From NCBI GenBank assembly GCA_964016885.1, contig OZ024742.1, forward strand, positions 52,700,001 through 52,764,000: DNA of 64,000 nt. Direction: 5' to 3'. Under the pieces are notes generated by a model that ran no database searches, had not been told where the DNA came from, and saw nothing but the letters and a program-made list of their open reading frames with translations. The DNA is from Eledone cirrhosa (lineage: Eukaryota). The translations under genes were made by a program, and so were the position numbers. This document shows positions 51,875 through 64,000 of the stretch, piece by piece (within the stretch, counting starts at the first letter, position 1; the number at the start of each line of letters is the position of its first letter).

Positions 51875-53052
51875 ATTACTCATGTTAGACACAGAACTCT
51901 GGAATGAAAATAGGAATGATAAAGCCCAAATCCTCCATTCTCATTATACCAAACCCATGACCTCCAAGTACCTGATCCACTGTAACTCAGCTAACTCAAA
52001 TAGTGCTAAGTTCAACATCTTGATAGCGGACCTGGTAAGGGTAATGAGAAATGTATCCCTCATGTGCGATCCAACAGAGTTAAAGAGACACATACAGCAC
52101 TTTATCTACAGCTTGCAGTTCTCTGGTTATAACTAAAGAGACGAGATTAGTGTGTACAAAGGAGCCATAGCTTAATTCTAAACCATTATGGAGAATAATA
52201 TGAATGGTATGGCATAGAAAAGACTAAGAAAAAGATAAGGAAGGCCAACTCATGGTATGACTGCCAAAATTACCCGCATATCATGTCCGCCGATGCTACC
52301 CATAGAAGCGAACTAGCGTTTCGGTTTAGAAAAGCTTTACAAAATCAATTAACCTTAGGATCAAATTAGAAGAAAAACCAGGAACTACCATAAAATCCTG
52401 GATCGGTAGGACATACCACTTTAGGAAAACGCCCTGTACTGATAGAAACTGTGTAGTCTGTAAGATAATCCCGATGACAAACTGTAAAACTAAACTTGTA
52501 GTCTATAGGATTAGATTACTGAGGGACGACAACATACATAGGATAGGAGAAAGATTTAAGGAAACTTGCGAGAGCTTAAGGAGAGAAGCTTATCGGTGCT
52601 ATACAAATATGACAAATTAGAACACGAGGGCTTAATAGATAACATAGAAATAAAGATCCTATCCACACATAGAACTGACACAACACTCAGACCAATTACA
52701 GAGGCCACACACATAACGGAAAACCCGATTGGAATAGCAACAGGTCGCAATTTAATGACTGAAGAGAGAATAAAGACAGAAATAAAAAAGACACAGATAG
52801 CAAAATAGCAAATGATACAAACACATGAAACACAAAACATGCCCTCAAAACAAACAAAGACAAGATGGAGTAGAAGTTTAAGACCAAGAAAGAGAGAAGT
52901 CACAAAACAGATAATCATTTAGGAGATCACAGAATGTGTGACGAAAGATCTTTGTCTTTAAACAAATGAATAATGAACAATACAGAAAATTATATGGTAT
53001 GTGTGTCTCTTTCTATTGGCAATATTGGCAACATGACCACCGAAATATAACA
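51875..53052 (+). mobile_element. Degenerate PLE, same family as 43419-45135
   Basis: LDTELW..QILHSHYTKPMTSK..ILIADLVRVMRNVS..LQFSGY, and a shared tail TATTGGCAACATGACC. Confidence 0.85.
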
Positions 53053-53067
53053 ATGTATATATAAATA

Positions 53068-53351
<284 letters not shown>

Positions 53352-53459
53352 CGAAGGAAGTGTGGTAAGGAACCAGACGGACCATAACACACCAGTGGGT
53401 AATAGGAAAATGTTTAACCACGACGGCAGAGCTCAAGCCGTTTCGGGGTTAAACAGTTT

Positions 53460-53500
<41 letters not shown>

Positions 53501-55495
53501 GACCTATACATCACCATCATCCTGAAGGTAGCACCATATTTAAGTGAACTGGCTTCATGAAAAGCTTGTAGAGACTGTTCTGTAAATCAAAAGACTACTT
53601 AGCTTAGTAGATACAATCACAATGTTTAAATACCCAAAGAAGCTTTGTCAGAATTTCCGAACTCATTACAACAAAATATAATGAAGTAGTCAGATTAAAT
53701 TTTCATCTTCAATTTATTTGTTTTACAGAAACACTCTAATTAATATTTCTTAGAAAACCTTATTAAAACAGGATTCCAGAAGCTGTTCTTAATCCTTAAA
53801 ATGTTTTCTCGGGGAAATAGGTTTCACAAGAATAGAATTGGAAGATTGTTTTCGCATTCATTATCTTGTTTTGTCACGATTTTTTGGTGTGTTTTTTTGT
53901 TTTGTTTTTTTTTGTAATTACCACTTTGACATAATTCTTTTTATTCTGGTTGGTAATTCTTAAGAAATAACTATTTGACAGATGTGTTTGAGAGGATTGC
54001 TTTAAAATTAATGACAACCATTATTTTAAACAGATAACATAAACCTACAGCTTTCTTTCATGAATTAATGAATTACTGATGACATTGTGCACAAATACCC
54101 ATGTATACATAGTCAATCCTTTTTCTTACTAGTATGTCAATTCGTCAATGATTTCTGGATAAGAAGTATCCATCAGTAGGTTAAAAGCCATGTTTATTTT
54201 GTTGGTTCAGTGATTAGGAAGAAAGGAAATAGACATTAATAGAAAAGAGTATCTATTGCAAACTAGGTTTGATCAAGAAAACCACATATACAATTGTATT
54301 GTCGACAAATGCATACATAAAACATACACAAAAGAATGAGATTTAAACTTTCTAAGGAATGGAGAATTTAAATTATTCTGGCTTGATCATGCTCACTTAA
54401 CGTAAATATAAAGAAACGAATTGGAAATGAAAAGATGAATCGTAAGCTTGTTTTGCCTGGAGCATACTTCTTGCACTAAAAATTCAACATCTATATTCTA
54501 ATCTCGAAGGCAATAGAATGAATGATTCAAAAAGCATTGCCAGACAGTGTTCCTGGGTATTTAGAAGTCTTCTTTATATAACATTTCTGTTAGACAATTA
54601 TTTTCATGTATTTATTTGTAAACTTCGGGCATGCTGATAACTATTCAATTAGAAAATATATTCTGAGTATGTTAATACCGATGAGGCCCACAATGTTTGA
54701 AACAAACCCTATTTTGTTTGGCACAAGAGAAACGTTAGTTAACACAGAAATATATTAGATGTGTATATTCATGCAAAAGAGATCGTCGATTGTCCTAACC
54801 CGAAAACAAAACACACAGAAAATACCATTAAATCAATCTTTGACCCACACTCATAATTTCCGTTAAACCAACCACCGACCTGCATACCTATCTATATTCA
54901 GTAAACCGTATCATCCACCGCTATGGGAAGACAGATTTTATCAAGCTAAATCTATCATAATAAGTTGTTTCTCTATAATAAGACTATTATTAACTATTAT
55001 TTTTCACAAAACTATCATAAACTATCGTCAAATAAACACAACTATTACCCCACATATCAGTTTACAACTGTTATTACAGCGGTTCCAGTTCTCGGAGACA
55101 AAGAAACTTCACACTACCTCTATGGAAGCCCATTGGATACACACATCTTATCTCCTCTAGGCATACCTAATCTTTCAATAAACTTATTTTCTACGATTTC
55201 TTTCCAGCTCTCCAAATAGATTTCCTAAGAGAGAACGGTGACGAAGCTGAGAAAGGGAAGAAGCTGAAACTACCCAATATATTGTCGGACCACTTTATAT
55301 TTCATCATACATCGAGTACCACTGTGATTTGTGGTATTTCCGGTCTTCGCATCGCGTATATATGTGTAGCAGAAGAAGAAGAAAAGCCCATATAGAGTGA
55401 AAGCAGAAATTCTTAGCTTAAAATTTGATATATACTAATAATATATATATTATTATTTGTCTTCACGTTTATTATTATTACTATATATATATATA

Positions 55496-55690
55496 ATCAT
55501 CATCATTCGTCGACTACTGTTGAGATGATGGATCTCACTCTCATGCCCCAGAATTCCCTGTCCCCAATCGCCGCCCCCAGGTCCTGTCTACTGATTCCCG
55601 TATCCCTAGAGATAACGTCAGGGAATGACAGCTTCCTACTCCTAGTCAGCCTGGAGTCAGGGTTCCAGAGCAAGAGAGCGGATATTATTA
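55496..55690 (-). mobile_element. Short 3' fragment of an RTE-like LINE with an (ATG)n tail
   Basis: LLLWNP..R.RKLSFPDVISRDTG...DREFW then stop, followed by ATG repeats. Confidence 0.65.
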
Positions 55691-55935
55691 TTAACATATT
55701 ACTATATATATATATATATATATATGTTATAATAGTTAATGTTTGTTGGTTCTAGTTTTACGTAAATCTTTAGACAAATCAAAAATTACTGATGAATACA
55801 CACACACACACACGATGTATATATATATATATATACGTATACATACATGTATATATATACTTATACATACATATATATATATATATATAGTAATAATAAT
55901 AAAATCTGTTATTTTAATAAATATATATATATACA

Positions 55936-55995
<60 letters not shown>

Positions 55996-56018
55996 CTCTG
56001 TGTGTGTGTGTGTGTGTA

Positions 56019-56053
<35 letters not shown>

Positions 56054-56401
56054 TCATCAGTAATTTTTTATTTGTCTAAAGATTTACGTAAAACTAGAGA
56101 CAACAAACATTAACTATTATAACAGAATGTAATGATATTCGTTTGAGCGACGTTCCATTGATTTCACAATGATATGATCAATCATAGAAGAAATGTACTA
56201 TTTACAAATGTATGAAATATGTTTACTAAATAATGAAATTCCTTCTGGAGTAACATAATAGACCTTCTGACCATATTTAATCAATCATAATATTGAAATA
56301 CACACACTCACACATTCACTCACACAATCACACAATCACACACACACACTTGCATGTGTATCATATATATATATACATATAAGTGTGTGAGTGAGTGTGT
56401 C

Positions 56402-56446
<45 letters not shown>

Positions 56447-56595
56447 TGGTGGAATATTAGTGGTTGAGATCGGTAAGACCATCTTGGCATATTACTCAAT
56501 ACTTACGATAAGTAAAGTGTAAATATAAAGGATCCTCATTTGCTATCCAAATTTTAAAACCTTAATCGTAAAACCTTATGGGCAGAAAACCCATA

Positions 56596-56626
<31 letters not shown>

Positions 56627-56909
56627 GACAATCGATCGACAAGATCCTAGACCTCATTCGCTTAACGGGTGGGGTAGAGCACGTCAAATGGGACCGGGGA
56701 AACAATGACTCCATTGGTCTTTCCAATTGCTAATACTATCTAGCGGTCCAAAATCCGGGTAGAAGAAGCAACATGAAATAAAGTGTCTTTCTCTAGGTCG
56801 CCCGGTCCAGGAATCGAACTGCAGACACATACATACGTACGCATTATGTACCACACAAATTTTACAGTTGTAATTCTAAATTCTATCAATGAATCCAGAT
56901 GTGTATTCA

Positions 56910-57888
<979 letters not shown>

Positions 57889-57992
57889 TGTGAGTGTGTG
57901 TGTGTGCGTGTGCGTGTGTGTGTGTGTGTGTACATGCATGATGAAATATTTCATATAGTTATCGTATAGTTATAATTTCAACTACACTATAT

Positions 57993-58072
<80 letters not shown>

Positions 58073-58379
58073 AGTTGTATTTAATTTGTTGGAATTCCGA
58101 CAAACATAAATGTTTATAACTGATTTAGCGCACTCAACAGTTACTGGAGTAAATATTCCATGATATTAAATAAATGGAAACTATATTTATAAAACCATAT
58201 TTATTTTATTATATATATTTCAAGGGCAACCAAGCAAACCTTGGTGCGGTTTCATCAGATAAAATACAAAGTTTGTTTTATAAATAAAGACGTACCCATG
58301 AAAATCATACCTTATCGGTCAAAAATTCACTGGATATAAATATATGAAAACGGAGAAAAAGACGATTATTAGGAAGAAA

Positions 58380-59165
58380 AATATTTTTTTCCCCTTTTTA
58401 TTTCTTTCTCTCTTTTTTTCTGGGTTAGAAAAGGATTAAAACGAAATATTTTACTTTGTGTGAAGTGATAAGGTATTAGTTGATTTATTTATTAATTAAC
58501 AATGGCATTTATTTATTTATATATTTAATAATTGTCTATTACCGATTTCAGCATTTTTATGCATTATCAAATGTATTGGTGTAGAATGGTGGTGTTGGAC
58601 ATGTTAAAGAAATGGTGCAGAAAGAATAATGTTATTTACAAACAAGGTTTATGAAGTGAAAAGAAAAAAGGAGCGTAATGTGGAGCATAATAAGGCAATG
58701 TGAAAGAAAAGTAATGTTATTTACATGCATAGTTCTTGAAGATAAGCAGATCAAAATGTGTTAATATAGCAAGAGTGCTTAGTTGATCCATGATGGAGGT
58801 AAATGGTGGACTGGGGTTTGATATGATTTCCCTTTTTAGAGAGTTAATATGCGGGGGGAGGTAATTCATGCTGGATGATATTTAATTTATTTAAGAAAAA
58901 GGATTAGGTAGAGTGTTAGGGAGGTAACTCTTTAGAGAGACATAGGTATTTGTATATGTTTGATTGTTCGTTCCAGTTTTAGTTTAGTCCGAAGTTTAGT
59001 GCATTAAGTAGAGGTTGGAATTTGTTAATGAAATACGTTTCCTTATTGGTACGATGGATGAAAGTAGCGTTGTCTAGGAATTTGTAAACGGGGAAAATTT
59101 TAAAGTTTGGATGTTGGTTAGGTGCACAATTGGCGATATGTTCACTAAACGCAATCTTTCTGTAT
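58380..59165 (-). mobile_element. PLE 3' remnant (GIY-YIG end + pLTR), related to the 10390 family, with an eroded U3-A8 HHR at 58534-58576
   Basis: EHIANCAPNQHPNFKIFPVYK..NKETYFINKFQPLLN, and TTGATAA-(T)GCAT/ATGC(T)-GAAATCGGTA. Confidence 0.7.
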
Positions 59166-59234
59166 TACTGTATTTTGATTTGTTGTCGGAGGCTGTTTTT
59201 TGTCTGATATATATATATATATATGTATATACAT

Positions 59235-60019
59235 ATTCTTGAATATGAATGCCCACATCACCAACGGCCCTAAGAGCGGCACCCCACCAGGATCCTCTGC
59301 CGAAAGCCTGAAGCTTGTCCCCTTCAACAACAATACAGCACACCCGCTGTGGTTTATGAAGCGGTGATCACTGCCAACCGAGCAAATCAACAAAAGGAGG
59401 TCAAATCCTATGTGGGTATGGCGGAGGGCCTGTTTAAGGAACGCTTCCCGAACCATCAGTCGACCTTTAGGTACCCAGACAAACGATCATCGACGAAGCT
59501 CGCGAGACACGTATGCTCCCTCAAAGACTCAGGTGTAGACTACTCCATTCAATAGAAAGCTATCATTAAGTCCAAGCCATACGCAAGGGATAATCCGTCT
59601 TGTGGACTGTGTATTGAAGAAAGGATCAACATTTTAAGGAGATTACGCAATAGCGATTGCCTAAATTCAAGAAATGAACTCTTCTCACTTTATCCACACG
59701 TCTGGAAAAACCTCTTGCGTAACTACACAGCTCCCGATTGGATAACATCAACATTCTAATATTCTAATCAACTCGGAAAATGTATTCGGACATTCGCAGT
59801 TATCTCCCTTACACCTTTCGACTGTGGATTTTTATCGCTTGGGAGAAGTGACCGTTTCTGCACATGCGCGTTCATACGGTTGTTTCTCCTTTTCCTGTTC
59901 CGTATAACCATTATCAGTCCGAGCTGAAGATCTACACAAACTCTACCAAACTTCTACCAAACTCGTGCCATGGACTGAGTGCTCTACTACTGCGGATATA
60001 ACCTTCCAGTGTTCTACCT

Positions 60020-60022
<3 letters not shown>
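59235..60022 (+). mobile_element. PLE GIY-YIG fragment with 3' region
   Basis: VVYEAVI..KSYVGMAEGLFKERFPNHQSTF..STKLARHV..LKD, CGLCIEE, CLNSRNEL. TA flanks. Confidence 0.8.
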
Positions 60023-60092
<70 letters not shown>

Positions 60093-60094
<2 letters not shown>

Positions 60095-60974
60095 AGGTGT
60101 GTAAGAAAAGTTCCAGGACTGATGTCGCAAAAGATTTATTTCAAACCCAAACTTCACACTAAGAGTTTTCTCCTTCAAAGTAATCCCCCTGGAGTCTAAT
60201 GCATTTTTCAATCCTTTTCTGCCACGCTTGCATGCACTCCTGGAAGGATTCTTCCGGGATCCTCCGCAGTTCCGTCGTCACGGCCTTTTTGATGTCGTCC
60301 ACGTCTTCAAAACGGGTCCCTTCGGGTCGTACTCGAAGATCCATGACTCATCACCGGTGATAACTGTCCCTAGCAAGTCTGGTTCGGTTTCAAGACGCTC
60401 GAGGATGTCCTGGCACAATTGCATGCGTAGACCCTTCTGGTCATCGTTTAGCAGTTTTGGCACCATCTTCACGCAGACTTTCCGCATGTCCAAATCTTTA
60501 GTGAGAATCTTCAAGACGCTGTCCCGATTCATGCCCAGCTCATTTGCCATCAGTCGAACAGTCAGCCGACGATCACTACACACCATCTGCCTGACGCGCT
60601 CAACGTTGACCTCAGTCCTGGTTGTTGAGGGCCTTCCGCTCCTGGGGTCATCTTGCACCACTCAAAAACACGTGAGCGTGACATCGTCTCATCTCCATAC
60701 ACTTCCTGCAGCAATCCCAGTGCTTCTGACGGTGTTTTCTCCAACCGTACCAGAAACTTCAAGTTTGTTCGTTGCTCTGTGCTCATTTCCTGACGACCTG
60801 AAACAGAGGACATGTATATAAAATTATGAAGAAAAAGTTTGATCGCTGCAGAGAGCTAAGATCACAGTTACGTACTCCAGGGGGATTACTTTGAAGGAGA
60901 AAACCCTTAGTGTGAAGTTTGGGTTTGAAATAAATCCAGTGACATCAGTCCTGGAACTTTTCTGACACACCTCG
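60093..60974 (-). mobile_element. Internally deleted mariner transposon with about 100-bp inverted ends and TA target site
   Basis: EQRTNLKFLV..MSRSRVFEW, DDPRSGRPST, ITGDESWIFEYDP fused to KGTRFEDVDDIK..CIRLQGDYFE. Inverted repeats at 60093-60195 and 60874-60974. Confidence 0.92.
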
Positions 60975-60986
60975 TATATATCGGGA

Positions 60987-61961
60987 ATGCTAGCGATCCC
61001 ATACATGGACAGCCTCCAGCGCAAGGCACTCAACACCTGCCACCCCAACGCCGTCGCCTTTTTCTCAAGGTACGTGGACGATATCCTCATCCTCACATCT
61101 TCCCAAGACATGGCAAACAGAATCTATGAGACGTTCAACAACACGGACGAGAACATTGATTTCAGTGTTGAACACCCCAGCGACGATGGGTCACTTGCCC
61201 TCCTCGACTTCCGAATCAACATCACGGAACAGGGAGGGATCCACTACATCTTCTACCTGTTCGTCAACTACATGTCCGCCCTCCCCAACAGTGCTAAAAG
61301 AGGATACATCACGAACGAGATCACGCGAATTAAAAACAGATGCAGCCATCCCGCGAGTGGTGTCACTCATACCAAGCGATTCCTCGAAGTGCTGGAGACG
61401 AACACGTACCCTGCCTCACTTACAAACAGAATAAGAGACACCAGACACAAGAGGCAGAGAAACAGCCAAGGCAAGTGCTTCCTTAAAATACCACACCTGG
61501 GCGAAAATACCACCAACGCTATCCGCAAGGCTATACGGAGTGGGAGCCTCGACATCCACCTGGCCCACTCGGGCCCCTCCCTGCAAAGATGCCTCTCCAG
61601 GAAACCCGGGAAATCAACTGACACGTGCTCTCTCAGAAACTGCCCGATGCGCTATACGAACTGTTGCCTACGCACATACGTCGTGTATAAGATAGAATGT
61701 AACAAGTGCAACCACTACTATATAGGTAGCACAATCCGGCATCTACACATCCGGATCAAGGAGCACATTAACACCAGGGCCTCGTCTTTCCGGAAACACA
61801 TAACCAAATGCGGAAACAAAGACGGAAGGCCCATTGTCACAATTCTAGCGACAGAAAGAAACGTCGGCACATTACAAATCAAGGAAGCACTTTGGATCAA
61901 ACGCCTAGGGCCACAAATAAATAACCGATCCGAGAGAAGCGAAATAAGGTGGTTGGTTTAA
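60987..61961 (+). CDS. 5'-truncated PLE RT C-terminus + GIY-YIG; element extends to about 62680 with an eroded HHR at 62408-62443
   Basis: RYVDDIL, LALLDF, C.LRNC..CLRTYVVYKIECNKCNHYYIGSTIRHLHIRIKEH, IKEALWI..PQIN. Confidence 0.88.
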   Translation: MLAIPYMDSLQRKALNTCHPNAVAFFSRYVDDILILTSSQDMANRIYETFNNTDENIDFSVEHPSDDGSLALLDFRINITEQGGIHYIFYLFVNYMSALPNSAKRGYITNEITRIKNRCSHPASGVTHTKRFLEVLETNTYPASLTNRIRDTRHKRQRNSQGKCFLKIPHLGENTTNAIRKAIRSGSLDIHLAHSGPSLQRCLSRKPGKSTDTCSLRNCPMRYTNCCLRTYVVYKIECNKCNHYYIGSTIRHLHIRIKEHINTRASSFRKHITKCGNKDGRPIVTILATERNVGTLQIKEALWIKRLGPQINNRSERSEIRWLV

Positions 61962-62678
61962 GTAAACAAACGATGCAGCAACACACGCACACACACACAC
62001 ACACACACACAAGCAAGACAGCAACACACGCACGCACACCCACACACAGTAGCATTCCACCATACGAACATACTACACTGCTAATACAGACGAATGAGGC
62101 AACAACACACGAACACACACACTCAAGCGAGACAACAACACACGCACACACACACACACACACACACAGTAACATTCACCAAACAGGCAGAGAATACTAT
62201 CACAACCACACACTATTCAACAGGGCAGATAATACAATGGACTGACAGCTACCTCCACCCACTCCCACAATTGAAAGAACTATTTCGGCCGCCGACCTCT
62301 GCTTGACAGACCCCATTTCACGCGCACGCGCGCTCTGCTGAATACCTCAGCTATTCAAAACAACGAACAGCGGAGGGCGCGTTTCGCACCTTTTCGACAG
62401 ACAACCTTCCCCTTGATGGATGTGAATCCGAAATATATAGGGACAATTAAATCTCTCCCAAGGTAACTCTCTCTCGTGTTATTAATTTTATCCTTTACGC
62501 TCTTACCTACATTCTTCTACACGCTACACATCTCAACCTACATTCACTTACATCTCTCTCCCCACCACCGGATCTTGTTACCCGGAGATTTACCCATCTG
62601 CATTGTTGAGGCTACCAAAACGACCTAAAGAAATATACCTTATTATTCCACAATTCTTCAAGCAAACTTCAATACTCG

Positions 62679-62736
<58 letters not shown>

Positions 62737-63860
62737 AGAAGAGTCAGGATCCCGACGACTGAGCGCCGGCCGTTTCGACAGCTATGATCAAAAATAGCTG
62801 CCGAAACGGCCGGAGCTCAGCCGTCGGGGTCCTAACCTTTTTCCTATTACCCGCTCTACTACCCATAGTATCGAGTACTCTGGTCTGTTATGGTCCACCT
62901 GGTTCCTTACCACACTTCCTTCGTTTTATATATATATATATGTGTGTGTGTGTGTGCGTGTGTTTATGTGTCTATATACATATATATATGTTTGTATACA
63001 TACATATATATGTGTGTGTGTGTGTGTATATTTATGTATGTATGTATATATGTATATATATGTATGTGTGTGTGTTGTAACGCTTAAAGGAGGAACTGGA
63101 TTTACGCTGTAGTAGATAGTAGGGCTTTTGATTCCGTTCATTTAACACAAGTACACATACACACTCATGCGTTCAGATACAAAGCTACATATACATATGC
63201 ATAAACACACCCGCACACACACGCTTTTGTGAATACAGATACACACACAGACAATATCAAGCGCATACAGAGGCATACACACATAATATAAAAATACTTG
63301 TTTCTTTTTCTTTGTTTGCTCAATTCATTTTTCATATAAATTAAACAACAGCACCACCATCAACCCTCCTCCATCATAGCACCACCAACACTCCCTCAGT
63401 AAAAGAAAAACAACAATAGAAGAACAACAAAAACAAGAGTTTACAAAGTGTAATTAAAGTGATATAAAACCTAAAACAAAAGTGAAGGAAAAATAAACAA
63501 TACCTACCCCAACTGTTATATTCCAACAAAATATTTCTTTACAAAGGTGAAACACGAAACAAAACATATTATTACTGAATAACTACAGGGCCAATAATTG
63601 GAAAGAAAATAGTATCTCAAACATTATTGATGATTGTTGATGTCCTCATATCAGCAACCTTCTAAATTGAGAATGAAATCCAATGCCTACAGTAACCATG
63701 TTATCATCTTTCACCAAACATTCCATGATTAATAGGCCTTTCTGCTCCGAATGTCACAGTATTTTAAAATGTTTCTAGTGATCGACAAAAACAACAAACA
63801 AAAAAATAATACCCAATGCTCATTTGAATTATGATGCAAATGTGTCCTATATATATATAA

Positions 63861-63927
<67 letters not shown>

Positions 63928-64000
63928 CACCCACCCACCCATACATATATATACATATATACATATAAACATATATATATATATATATATACATATATAT

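Noticed and set aside
54671-54743. CCGATGA...GAAAC-GTT hammerhead-like string (similar weak cases near 55236, 49470 and 59923)
   Set aside because: Stems I and II could not be paired convincingly.

Overview
Gene-free, repeat-saturated eukaryotic DNA. It is AT-rich, full of (TA)n, (CA)n, (TACA)n and (TAA)n microsatellites, and its tRNA-derived SINEs resemble those of octopod cephalopods (organism assignment is inference). I found no host gene. The real coding material is all from transposons: a Dong/R4-type RT-RLE LINE, L1/Tx1-type LINE pieces, an RTE LINE end with three C2H2 fingers plus a non-autonomous partner, about nine Penelope-like element (PLE) copies or fragments (RT + GIY-YIG), and a deleted mariner. 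The main signal is about 20 type-I hammerhead ribozyme (HHR) motifs from more than ten unrelated sequence families. Some sit in PLE pseudo-LTRs. Many sit in short non-coding units (about 430-630 nt) embedded in (TA)n as tandem or fold-back arrays, consistent with several families of PLE-mobilised non-LTR retrozymes. One is a two-HHR tandem predicted to release a 539-nt monomer or circle. Several HHRs carry the compensatory U3-A8 core. All structures were read by eye, so coordinates are approximate to a few bases.
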